From a virus, in the IMG/VR virus record IMGVR_UViG_3300045988_010345: DNA of 64,000 nt; one strand, given 5' to 3'. A model generated the notes under the pieces. It had not been told where the DNA came from and searched no databases. It was given only the letters and a program-made list of their open reading frames with translations. This document shows, piece after piece, positions 10,210-18,221 of the stretch (position 1 is its first letter; each line of letters starts with the position of its first letter). The position numbers and the translations under genes were made by a program.

Positions 10210-10544
10210 ATCTTCTTACATAATAGATTTTTAACTTTTAGTAATCCTTTTGTGACAATATTGTCTCCTCCCAATGAGAACACATGAGTATAACCTCCAC
10301 ACGCATCTGGGTCCCACGCTGCATGGATTGCATAATATATGATGAATACAGCAAATAGGATAATGTTAGCTATGGGCAGTAAACCCAGTACAACTATAAT
10401 AAGTGCCATCCATAATGAGACTATAACATTATACTCCTTCTGTAACTTAGCAGGACCATACAATGTATAATACACCTTAACATGAGTATCTTTCAAGATA
10501 CTCAATGTCAAGATGATTATTAATATATCAATAATCCACATCAT
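10206..10544 (-). CDS. integral membrane protein (3 predicted TM segments)
   Basis: 112-aa hydrophobic ORF with 4-nt overlaps to both neighbours. Confidence 0.6.
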   Translation of the reverse strand: MMWIIDILIIILTLSILKDTHVKVYYTLYGPAKLQKEYNVIVSLWMALIIVVLGLLPIANIILFAVFIIYYAIHAAWDPDACGGYTHVFSLGGDNIVTKGLLKVKNLLCKKI

Positions 10545-11326
10545 TTGCTAATATCCTTAAAAATTGTAGGAACCTGTCCATACACAGGCAATTTACCATC
10601 CCATTTTTCAATCCACATCTTCTCAAGAATTGCAGGAGTAAGAGCCTGTTGTCTCAACTCATTGGCTTTCTTTTCTGCCTCAGCAGCTACAATAAGTTTC
10701 TTAGCCTGAGCTTCTGCCACTTTGACCTCATTCTCTACCTGCATAGCCTGTTGAATAGCCTTGTTCTTGGCATTCACAGACTCTACAATAGTCTGAGGAT
10801 ATTTGAGACCAGAGGTTAGCTGCTCCAATTGAAAGTTTTCTTTGGCAAGAGCCTGAGTCAAATACTTTTCAATAGCATTCTCAATACTATCCCTCTTACT
10901 TACAATATCATCTGTGGTAAACTTATTAAGTTGGATTCTAAAGGCATCCTTCACATAGTTATATAGAGTACCCTTGATTACCTCACTCAATTCCTTCCTA
11001 TACTTCCTGAAGACAGCAGGTGATTTACCGTCAATAATCTTCAATGATACAGTAGGGTCTACAGTAAACTCAGAACCATCCTTTGCATTGATTGTAAATG
11101 GCTCATAGTCAATAGTCTGTACATAAGTAGGATACTCATATACTGTGGTAGTCCAAGGATTGTACCATACAATACCAGTTACCAAAGAAGCATCATCTAC
11201 TCCTTTATCATTGCCATACAGATTTACCTTGATGCCTTCACAACCTGCATCCACCTTCTCCATACATGATGTCATTGAGAACACCATAAACAGGGACAGA
11301 AGTCCCAAAATCAATTTACTTTTCAT
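10541..11326 (-). CDS. SPFH/band-7 (prohibitin/stomatin-like) lipoprotein
   Basis: Start moved to the internal ATG giving MKSKLILGLLSLFMVFSMTSC (lipoprotein signal plus Cys). The alpha/beta core is followed by an Ala/Glu/Lys coiled coil (AEAQAKKLIVAAEAEKKANELRQQA), typical of SPFH proteins. Confidence 0.6.
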   Translation of the reverse strand: MKSKLILGLLSLFMVFSMTSCMEKVDAGCEGIKVNLYGNDKGVDDASLVTGIVWYNPWTTTVYEYPTYVQTIDYEPFTINAKDGSEFTVDPTVSLKIIDGKSPAVFRKYRKELSEVIKGTLYNYVKDAFRIQLNKFTTDDIVSKRDSIENAIEKYLTQALAKENFQLEQLTSGLKYPQTIVESVNAKNKAIQQAMQVENEVKVAEAQAKKLIVAAEAEKKANELRQQALTPAILEKMWIEKWDGKLPVYGQVPTIFKDISK

Positions 11327-11360
11327 GTTTTCTTCTTTTAATTTAGTTAAATACTTTGTT

Positions 11361-11627
11361 TTACAACTCATCAAATTCTCTCTGAACCTCATCAATTCTT
11401 TTATTAATCTTTGCTATAGCAAGAAGTTTCACTTCATTAAAATTAATGAAGGAGTCATCTATACTTATAACATCTCTACCATAGTTTGTTGTAGTGTAGA
11501 CTTCTAAACGAAAGATTTTCTCTCCCTTCTCCCATCTTTGCCTTTGGTCTTTAAGATAGGATAATTTCTTGAGCAATTCCTCACCTTTCTTCACTTTTTC
11601 CTCAGTCATTCTCTTTGAATTTTTCAA
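11361..11627 (-). CDS. hypothetical protein (88 aa)
   Basis: ORF track. Charged, helical-looking. Confidence 0.5.
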   Translation of the reverse strand: MKNSKRMTEEKVKKGEELLKKLSYLKDQRQRWEKGEKIFRLEVYTTTNYGRDVISIDDSFINFNEVKLLAIAKINKRIDEVQREFDEL

Positions 11628-11796
11628 TAGCTGTTAAACACTTTGTCTTGATTGAAATAAGTATTGTAGCCACAAACATTAAAAATCCAATCACATTTTC
11701 AATGCTATTGGATGCACTAATCATACTAAGACTCAGGTTGAGTATCAATATAAATAGGACAAACCAAAGTGCTATTACAAGAATCTTTCTTTCCAT
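11602..11796 (-). CDS. small membrane protein (2 TM)
   Basis: 64-aa hydrophobic ORF. Confidence 0.45.
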   Translation of the reverse strand: MERKILVIALWFVLFILILNLSLSMISASNSIENVIGFLMFVATILISIKTKCLTAIEKFKEND

Positions 11797-11929
11797 AGAT
11801 AATGATTATAACCAATCTTTCTTGTTTACAAACAACCTAATCCACTCCACAGGTGGATAGTTGGCTGATGGGCAAATTACCTCATTCATGCTTTTTTTTG
11901 TTAAACTTATATGCTTAGTCAGTGAGACT

Positions 11930-12679
11930 TTAGTCTCCTTCTTTAGTCAGAAATACATAGTTAGGCAATTCCCGACCTCCCCACTTGTATTCAGAGTAGG
12001 TGATAAAGATTGGGTCAATATATTCTTTTCCATCTTGACTTCCATATATACGGAACTCAACACCCATACCTACCTCTGCTATTTTGGTAATCCCCACATA
12101 AGAATAAGATGCCATATAGTCTGACTTTGCAACTACATATACTGTAGCCTTCCTTGTCTTATATAAACCAGTTGAGATGTAGAATGTACCAAGAAGTTGC
12201 TTCTCATGTGTCTCCTTAGCTCTCTTACATATATCATACAACCTTCTCTTGCTTGGAAGACTCTGAGTATTAAATTGCTGTAACATAAGAGGTGATGGAG
12301 CACAAGAACTTTCAGGCTTCTTGCCCCTCTTCTTGTAGTTAATGATGCCATTAGATAAGTAGAATCCCCCTCTATAACCTATGTTCTCTTTCTCTTTGAA
12401 CATATCATAGAACCACTCTTTAAGATTATACTTCTCAGTGCCTCTTCTGCACCTCTGCAAGAACTCAGAAAATACTTTATCTACTGGTCTGCCTACATTC
12501 TTTAACAGGAATTTATGCAAATCTCCGTGGAAATAATGATAACTATCATCATACCAATTATGGAAATACCATCCAGCAGCTTTCTCACTGCCTCTCTTTA
12601 ATATTCTCTTTCTTGGGTACTTCTTAGCCCATCTTGATTTCTTTCCATTACTATTTCTATTAAGAGTAAATTCTATCAT
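11930..12679 (-). CDS. hypothetical basic protein (249 aa)
   Basis: ORF track. Lys/Arg- and aromatic-rich. The opposite-strand ORF 11861-12124 is judged a shadow. Confidence 0.65.
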   Translation of the reverse strand: MIEFTLNRNSNGKKSRWAKKYPRKRILKRGSEKAAGWYFHNWYDDSYHYFHGDLHKFLLKNVGRPVDKVFSEFLQRCRRGTEKYNLKEWFYDMFKEKENIGYRGGFYLSNGIINYKKRGKKPESSCAPSPLMLQQFNTQSLPSKRRLYDICKRAKETHEKQLLGTFYISTGLYKTRKATVYVVAKSDYMASYSYVGITKIAEVGMGVEFRIYGSQDGKEYIDPIFITYSEYKWGGRELPNYVFLTKEGD

Positions 12680-12861
12680 ACTTCAAACAGTTTTATGTAA
12701 GCTCTCTCACACTCCCCACTCCAATACCATTTGTTATACCATAATAGCACAATGTATTTATTCCTTGATGTGATTATATCAATCTTAGGAGAATACTTAT
12801 TATACATTACAGTAATCCAAATACATAGCATAATGAGGAGTAACACATTAAATGCTATCAT
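12676..12861 (-). CDS. small membrane protein
   Basis: 61-aa ORF with an N-terminal TM segment. 4-nt overlap with the downstream gene. Confidence 0.45.
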   Translation of the reverse strand: MIAFNVLLLIMLCIWITVMYNKYSPKIDIITSRNKYIVLLWYNKWYWSGECERAYIKLFEV

Positions 12862-12862
12862 A

Positions 12863-13420
12863 CTATTCTGGTTTAGGACGACATACTACATACTTAAATC
12901 TTGAACAAATTCCTTTCCATTTCCTGTAATCATCACATGAGTTCTTCTTTAATGCTTCTGCATTAATGGGGTTACTTACACAAAGCATATCATACTTATT
13001 AATAGGAGTATATGCTGCACTAATAAAGTACATATCTAATTCCTGTATAATTCCCCTAATGGTTTCACCTGATGCTATAAAGTCATCCACAACTATAAAC
13101 CTTGTAGTACCAATTTCATCAATTCCCTTTAATGAACAACAATGAGCACTTACATCTTCCTCCTTCCTGACAATCAGGATATAAGTCTTAGTAGTTGGAT
13201 TAATGTTGTTTAACTGATTGAGTATAGCACCTGCAATCATGGCTCCTGATGTGCCCCTTGCTACAAAAGTAATGCTTGTACCTTCTTCAATATCTTCTTT
13301 ATATGTATTGAAGATTGCTTCTGCACATTGTTGTATGTAGCTATGCTTCCAATGAATACCAAATGGATATACTACATTAATGAAATGGTCAAGATGTATA
13401 AATTTAGGAACATATCCCAT
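12863..13420 (-). CDS. phosphoribosyltransferase (type I PRTase fold) protein
   Basis: FIVVDDFIASGETI is the canonical PRPP-binding loop (hydrophobic4-DD-x2-x-[ST]G-x-T). The upstream FVARGTSGAMIAGAIL resembles the PPi loop of gpt/hpt-type enzymes. Confidence 0.65.
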   Translation of the reverse strand: MGYVPKFIHLDHFINVVYPFGIHWKHSYIQQCAEAIFNTYKEDIEEGTSITFVARGTSGAMIAGAILNQLNNINPTTKTYILIVRKEEDVSAHCCSLKGIDEIGTTRFIVVDDFIASGETIRGIIQELDMYFISAAYTPINKYDMLCVSNPINAEALKKNSCDDYRKWKGICSRFKYVVCRPKPE

Positions 13421-13454
13421 AGTTTCTTAGTTTTATCCCACTTAACAACAGATT

Positions 13455-13496
13455 ATAAAAAAGAAGGACAAGGGTATTATTAGTACCCCTGCCCTT
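13455..13496 (-). terminator. intrinsic terminator after gene 13516-13950
   Basis: On the minus strand, AAGGGCAGGGGTA-ctaataa-TACCCTTGTCCTT (13-bp stem with two G-U pairs) is followed by CTTTTTT. Confidence 0.7.
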
Positions 13497-13515
13497 ACTA
13501 CGAGAATACTCCCAT

Positions 13516-13950
13516 TTAGTCCTCAAACACCTGATAGGTATATGATATACCTCCAAGATGTTCTACTGTCCTCTGCAAATGAGCTTCAAGTCTTTCCTTT
13601 TCACTCATTGCAGCCCACTTGCCAGGCTTAGACCATGAAGGACAAGAATTCTTGTCAATCATGTACTCATAAGCCTCCTTGTTCATGTTCAAGGACTGTG
13701 TAGCTGATTTACACTTTCTTGTATGGAAAGTGATAATTTCTGGATTGGTACCATCCTTGCTAGTCACTCTCATAGTGTGCTTCTCCATCTTGTCCCAATC
13801 CTCTACTTTTGCCTCAATGGTTTTCTTGTAGATTTTACCAGCTTTGGTCTTCTTCTCAATCACTTTGTGAGTTGTTTTAAGGCACTCCTCCTTGCTGAAC
13901 ATTGTGCTTCCTCGAAGCTCAATACTCAGACTTAACTTGATTTCATTCAT
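13516..13950 (-). CDS. hypothetical protein (144 aa)
   Basis: ORF track. Confidence 0.6.
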   Translation of the reverse strand: MNEIKLSLSIELRGSTMFSKEECLKTTHKVIEKKTKAGKIYKKTIEAKVEDWDKMEKHTMRVTSKDGTNPEIITFHTRKCKSATQSLNMNKEAYEYMIDKNSCPSWSKPGKWAAMSEKERLEAHLQRTVEHLGGISYTYQVFED

Positions 13951-13955
13951 GTTTA

Positions 13956-14318
13956 TTAATCCTCTTTAGATTCTTTCTCCATAATTGCAGCAAGCATAAG
14001 GGCAGCTGCTGCATCTCTTGCTGTAGCGTCTCCTTTATCTGCTTTTTCTTTCAACTCTTCCATCATTTTAATGCGAAGAGTATACTTTAGGGCTTCAATA
14101 GTACCCACCAACTCTCTTGCATTGAGGAATATTGCACTTGTTACAATCACCTCAATAGGTGCTTGCGCTGTCTTGCCTTTGTAGCTTTCTACCAAGTTTT
14201 CAACAAGTTCAACATTGGTTAAACTACCATCTCTGCCACCTTTAATGGCTTCCGCAGCATTTTTAAAATGCTTCTGTTCCAGATTTCTTTCCAGAACCTT
14301 TTCTTCATTCTTTTCCAT
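13956..14318 (-). CDS. hypothetical helical protein (120 aa)
   Basis: ORF track. Confidence 0.6.
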   Translation of the reverse strand: MEKNEEKVLERNLEQKHFKNAAEAIKGGRDGSLTNVELVENLVESYKGKTAQAPIEVIVTSAIFLNARELVGTIEALKYTLRIKMMEELKEKADKGDATARDAAAALMLAAIMEKESKED

Positions 14319-14333
14319 CTTTAATTATTTTAG

Positions 14334-14609
14334 TTATTCATGTAAATGTTCTAAGTAATCCTTATCTAAGTCAGGATGTTTGTGTATTAGGAATCTGCAA
14401 CTTATACACACTGCCAAATGAGCTACACCTTCTGCTGCTATAATTCCTATTACAATATCCTGCCATTTAGGAAGGGAATCTCGGCTTGTCAAGAAGAGTA
14501 TAAGGATAAGCATGGTTATCCAAAAAGTACTACAATAGATGCAGAATCCCAATGGATATGCTATAAAATGTAAGAACCTATTGCCACTTTTAACCATAGG
14601 TACAAACAC
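14334..14609 (-). CDS. small membrane protein (91 aa)
   Basis: Hydrophobic ORF abutting the next gene. Confidence 0.5.
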   Translation of the reverse strand: MFVPMVKSGNRFLHFIAYPLGFCIYCSTFWITMLILILFLTSRDSLPKWQDIVIGIIAAEGVAHLAVCISCRFLIHKHPDLDKDYLEHLHE

Positions 14610-14890
14610 TACTGTATATTAAGTAACTTAGCAATTCTTTGAAAAGCCCTTTCTTCATACTTTCTGTCCTCAGGGTAATTTATTGCATCTTTGTACCATT
14701 CTTCATAGCACTCCTTATCCATAGTATCATTTAATACTACAGGGTAGTAGATGTCTCCTAATATAGGATTATTACATTGCATACAGATACAATCTCCAGA
14801 GCCTGATATACCCCAACCCAGTTTACCTGCTTCATCTACTGACAATTTGATTACCTTGAACCCTTTGTCATTCTTAACTAACTTTGCCAT
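14609..14890 (-). CDS. hypothetical protein (93 aa) with CxC..C cluster
   Basis: ORF track. Contains GDCICMQCNN. Confidence 0.55.
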   Translation of the reverse strand: MAKLVKNDKGFKVIKLSVDEAGKLGWGISGSGDCICMQCNNPILGDIYYPVVLNDTMDKECYEEWYKDAINYPEDRKYEERAFQRIAKLLNIQ

Positions 14891-14920
14891 AAAAAGAAAT
14901 TATTATTAAAATACTTATTG

Positions 14921-14963
14921 TGGAGCATAGGGGGCTCGAACCCCTATAAACCAAAAATGCCCC
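14921..14963 (-). other. tRNA-like acceptor/T-arm minihelix (tRNA 3' fragment)
   Basis: Minus strand reads GGGGCAT-TTTTGGTTTAT-AGGGG-TTCGAGC-CCCCT-ATGCTCC-A. This gives a 7-bp acceptor-like stem and a canonical T arm, but no D arm or anticodon arm. Confidence 0.5.
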
Positions 14964-15175
14964 TTATTTGGATTCATTTCTTATTGAAAGAATGTCCTAA
15001 CAAAGTCAAATATTGTTTTCTCTTGAAACATCATTATTAAAGTCACGTAGCTTCCTCTTTATATCCCCACATTGAAGCAGTTGCATTTATTAAGTGGTAA
15101 TAGCTTACCTATTAGCATCCTTTCTATACACATTTTGGAAGTCTTTATGAAAGAAAAACAGTAGTTGACTTATAG

Positions 15176-15247
15176 TATCTCCACTGAGACTCGAACTCAG
15201 ATATATAGTTTAGGAAACTATTGTTCTATCCCTTGAACTATGGAGAC
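15176..15247 (-). tRNA. tRNA-Arg(CCT)
   Basis: Cloverleaf by eye: acceptor GTCTCCA/TGGAGAT, D stem GTTC/GAAC, anticodon stem ATAGT/ACTAT with loop TTCCTAA, T arm CTGAG-TTCGAGT-CTCAG. Confidence 0.85.
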
Positions 15248-15288
15248 ATTACAAAAGAAGACCTATATTCACATACCAGTCTCTTGTA

Positions 15289-15303
15289 GTGACAATATGT
15301 CAC
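15289..15303. repeat. inverted repeat GTGACA-ATA-TGTCAC (shares the 13-nt core TGACAATATGTCA with 22122-22136)
   Basis: Read directly. Lies in the intergenic gap between two minus-strand tRNAs. Confidence 0.8.
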
Positions 15304-15363
15304 TCGAATTAAAAATCCTTTACCTAAAACAATCAAATTACCTTATATGAGTAAATACCTTAG

Positions 15364-15436
15364 TACCCCCTATGGAACTTGAATCCATGACCCACAGATT
15401 AAAAATCTGTTGCTCTACCAACTGAGCTAAGGGAGC
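15364..15436 (-). tRNA. tRNA-Lys(TTT)
   Basis: Acceptor GCTCCCT/AGGGGGT, D arm GCTC-AGTTGGTA-GAGC, anticodon stem ACAGA/TCTGT with loop TTTTTAA, T arm ATGGA-TTCAAGT-TCCAT. Confidence 0.85.
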
Positions 15437-15487
15437 AACTACTTCTACCATAGACAGTAGAAATAAACTACCATACTTATGCCATAA

Positions 15488-15910
15488 CTACTCCTCCACC
15501 TTTACACCGAAAGGAGTACCATCAGCGAATGTAAATCCATTGAATATATTATCAAACTTACCACCTGGACGAATTACCACACCACTGTCTGCTGAGCCAT
15601 AACTTGCAAAACATGCGAGAGCTTCATTGTTTTCAGAGATACAAGCCAAAAGTTCATAGGACGGCTTATTACCTTTTCTTTTTACCCAACCAAACGGTTG
15701 ATGTTTTTGCATTTCTTGCCAACATTCATCTGCATCCTTAAAGGGGCGATACTCAGGACCTGGTTTTATGCGAAAGTCTTCATGAAACCCAGGAGTTAAT
15801 ACATTTCCACAATTAACCCAATTTCCATAACGATTTTTAAATTCTACTGTTTTACCTTCTGCAAATGCCTGTATTATAGGCAGCAAGTCTTTAGCTTCAG
15901 TTCTATTCAT
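15488..15910 (-). CDS. hypothetical protein (about 140 aa)
   Basis: Start moved to the internal ATG (MNRTEAKDLLPIIQAF...) so it no longer overlaps the upstream gene. Confidence 0.6.
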   Translation of the reverse strand: MNRTEAKDLLPIIQAFAEGKTVEFKNRYGNWVNCGNVLTPGFHEDFRIKPGPEYRPFKDADECWQEMQKHQPFGWVKRKGNKPSYELLACISENNEALACFASYGSADSGVVIRPGGKFDNIFNGFTFADGTPFGVKVEE

Positions 15911-15971
15911 AATTATAATTATTTTAATTGTATTTAAGGGAAATACCTGTAAAGGTATCTCCCTAAGTTTT

Positions 15972-16166
15972 TTAATCATTCCACATGTAAGCTTCATACT
16001 CACATGTTAATTCTCTTTCAGTCAGTTTTGCATCTTCAAGGTATGTCTTTAGAAATAAAGAACAATCATCAAAGCTATTGATATTATCTTCAAATTCTAT
16101 ACATAACCATTGTTCACAATATCTTACTGCTGCTTGCTGTCTTGCAGTTGATTTTCTTATTCTCAT
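15972..16166 (-). CDS. hypothetical acidic small protein (64 aa)
   Basis: ORF track. 4-nt overlap with the upstream gene. Confidence 0.5.
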   Translation of the reverse strand: MRIRKSTARQQAAVRYCEQWLCIEFEDNINSFDDCSLFLKTYLEDAKLTERELTCEYEAYMWND

Positions 16167-16471
16167 AGTCCCAAGAATTTCTTTATTCTAGTCCATAGTG
16201 TACTCTTTTCAGGCTTTAATAAAGCATTACCACTATTCTTTCTGTTTTTATATGTAGATTTTGAACCTATTGATATAAAGGAAATACCTACTTTAGTAGG
16301 ATTATTCTTAGGTGATAGTACTAAATACCAATGTTGTGAACAAGCTTTATAAGTTCTGTTTAAGTTCTTACTGGCTTCTTTAATAGCATCTGAAATATTA
16401 TGAGGATTAGCTGCAATAGCCTGAACTAGAATTTTATTCTCCTCATCAGTCCATTTTACTCCTTTTGCCAT
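16163..16471 (-). CDS. Myb/SANT-like DNA-binding protein
   Basis: From the internal ATG: MAKGVKWTDEENKILVQAIAANPHNISDAIKEASKNLNRTYKACSQHWY. The spaced W...W-type aromatic pattern and the RT..AC..HW signature fit a Myb/SANT helix-turn-helix repeat. Confidence 0.5.
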   Translation of the reverse strand: MAKGVKWTDEENKILVQAIAANPHNISDAIKEASKNLNRTYKACSQHWYLVLSPKNNPTKVGISFISIGSKSTYKNRKNSGNALLKPEKSTLWTRIKKFLGL

Positions 16472-16488
16472 TTTTTTTTGTGTTATGA

Positions 16489-16513
16489 ATACCAAATCTC
16501 AGGAATTTCCATA
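16489..16513 (-). promoter_or_regulatory. conserved 25-nt intergenic motif, copy 1 (ATACCAAATCTCAGGAATTTCCATA on plus strand)
   Basis: 22 of 25 positions are identical to 18356-18380. It lies 18 nt upstream (minus sense) of the Myb-like gene ATG. Confidence 0.45.
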
Positions 16514-16521
16514 TCTTATTT

Positions 16522-17010
16522 TTATTTACAAAGTGTATCAAGAATGTCTCTAAAGTTAGGATTATCAATTACTGCTTGAGCATCTTTAGCATACATAAAC
16601 ATAGCAGCCATCCCTGCTGGTTCAAAAGGAGAATTATCCAAGTCTTCTACAAAATATACATCTTTTAATTTATCATAGCCGATATAATAACCTACCCTCA
16701 TATATTGTTTACCATTATAATAATAAGCAATATTCATAAGCTTATTCAATGCAAGAAGTCTTTCTAGCTGTTTTCTATTTGGGGCGTTGTTTGGTTCTTC
16801 AAGAACTTCACCAATATAATTATTTATAATATCTCCATCGGTATTTGTGTAATAACCTTCATTATTTGGAAATAAGCTCTTGCAAACATTTTTGTAAGTA
16901 AGATTACTAATATCTTTCTTAGACTTAAACTTGATACACTCAAATGTAGAATTTTCCTTATCTATTTCATAGCCTTTAGGGACATTTATTTTTATTTCTT
17001 TTGTTCTCAT
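16522..17010 (-). CDS. hypothetical protein (162 aa)
   Basis: ORF track. Confidence 0.6.
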   Translation of the reverse strand: MRTKEIKINVPKGYEIDKENSTFECIKFKSKKDISNLTYKNVCKSLFPNNEGYYTNTDGDIINNYIGEVLEEPNNAPNRKQLERLLALNKLMNIAYYYNGKQYMRVGYYIGYDKLKDVYFVEDLDNSPFEPAGMAAMFMYAKDAQAVIDNPNFRDILDTLCK

Positions 17011-17019
17011 ATTTTATAT

Positions 17020-17100
17020 TTATTTAAGAAGATAATCAAAAAGCATATAAAATAGTATGAATACTATAATGATTAGAATGAAAAAAGTTAATAATATCAT
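17020..17100 (-). CDS. possible 26-aa hydrophobic micro-protein
   Basis: Own translation: MILLTFFILIIIVFILFYMLFDYLLK, below the ORF-track size cut-off. Fills an otherwise empty gap. Confidence 0.3.
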   Translation of the reverse strand: MILLTFFILIIIVFILFYMLFDYLLK

Positions 17101-17120
17101 ATGAATTTACTTTAGATATA

Positions 17121-17142
17121 AAGTAGGACAAAAGTCCTACTT
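17121..17142 (-). terminator. terminator-like hairpin after gene 17145-17822
   Basis: AAGTAGGAC-TTTT-GTCCTACTT on the minus strand, followed by a U-rich but interrupted tail (TATATCT). Confidence 0.4.
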
Positions 17143-17144
17143 TA

Positions 17145-17822
17145 TCATGGATTATTTGTAGTATTTACAAGATGTTCATTTCCTTCAAAAGGAATACACG
17201 TGGCATAGGCACAATTAGTAGTAACATGACAGTATGCACTACGAGGTTCAAAATGAGAGTAGAAAGCGCATCTCCATTTTTGGGTCTCATTATCTCGTAC
17301 AAGTACTTTCTCAAAAGGTTTAAATTGATATTCTTTCTTTTTTAAAGTTTCACCATCCCATGTATAACCTGCTTCATTTATGGCATTGAAAAGTTTCTTT
17401 TTCATGTCTTCTGAAGCTGGAATATAATCAATATTATATACATGTGTATTAAGTTTAAAGTTAGAATTTCTATCAACATATGTTATAGTACGTACATAAC
17501 CATTTTCCATAGTATCTACTATAAATACTCCAGATTTATCATCAAACATCATAATATCACCTCTTTTGGCAGGTATTTGGAATGCATCCCAATTTCTTTG
17601 GTCTTTTGATGGAAAAAGCATACATTCTGAATTTGGAAACTCACAATAGAATCTTCCAAAACAAGTAAAGGCTGCTGTTGTAATGTTCCCATTATCCTTT
17701 GTGACTCTACAAAATATGTCATTGCTACTTGATATTTTTTTGAATGTTACCTCTCCAAATATAGGAGAATAAAGCTTTGTTCCTTCTGGACAATACTTTA
17801 AAATGTTTGCTAAATTTGTCAT
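17145..17822 (-). CDS. hypothetical protein (225 aa)
   Basis: ORF track. Confidence 0.65.
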   Translation of the reverse strand: MTNLANILKYCPEGTKLYSPIFGEVTFKKISSSNDIFCRVTKDNGNITTAAFTCFGRFYCEFPNSECMLFPSKDQRNWDAFQIPAKRGDIMMFDDKSGVFIVDTMENGYVRTITYVDRNSNFKLNTHVYNIDYIPASEDMKKKLFNAINEAGYTWDGETLKKKEYQFKPFEKVLVRDNETQKWRCAFYSHFEPRSAYCHVTTNCAYATCIPFEGNEHLVNTTNNP

Positions 17823-17916
17823 AATAATTTATTTATAGTCCTCCTACAGAATACTCTATAGGAGGAATTGTTAGTTACTTGTATATAATCTCTGTTTTAC
17901 CTTCATACAAAGGTAA

Positions 17917-18195
17917 TTAAACACACCAACCACATCTGCCTACATGTAGTTTATTTTCTAGTTCATCGCAGATGCTATAATATTCTTCCTCTGTGATATT
18001 GTATTTGCGTAATACTATCTCTGTTGGAGGCTCTGGCTCAAAGTGCATATTACTACAGCCATAAGCGTCTTCTTCTTCTCCTTCTTTATTGTCAAGAGTA
18101 TCACCAAAATCAATACTACTAGCCTCTTTACCATTGATAGTAAATGTTTCTAATTCACAAGGTAAAGCATCATAAGGTTCAATAACTAGTTCCAT
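17917..18195 (-). CDS. hypothetical acidic protein (92 aa) ending CGWCV
   Basis: ORF track. Confidence 0.55.
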   Translation of the reverse strand: MELVIEPYDALPCELETFTINGKEASSIDFGDTLDNKEGEEEDAYGCSNMHFEPEPPTEIVLRKYNITEEEYYSICDELENKLHVGRCGWCV

Positions 18196-18221
18196 ATTTT
18201 TATTTTATTTAAATATTATAA

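Noticed and set aside
14921-14963. Reading the tRNA 3' fragment as a functional attP site of a temperate phage.
   Set aside because: No integrase, excisionase-integrase pair or repressor module is visible in this window. It is kept only as an alternative under the minihelix finding.
15364-15436. At first glance the anticodon region (..AGATTTTTAATCT..) looked like a TTA anticodon, which would be an ochre (TAA) suppressor tRNA.
   Set aside because: Placing the 5-bp stem ACAGA/TCTGT leaves the loop TTTTTAA. The anticodon is therefore TTT, an ordinary tRNA-Lys.
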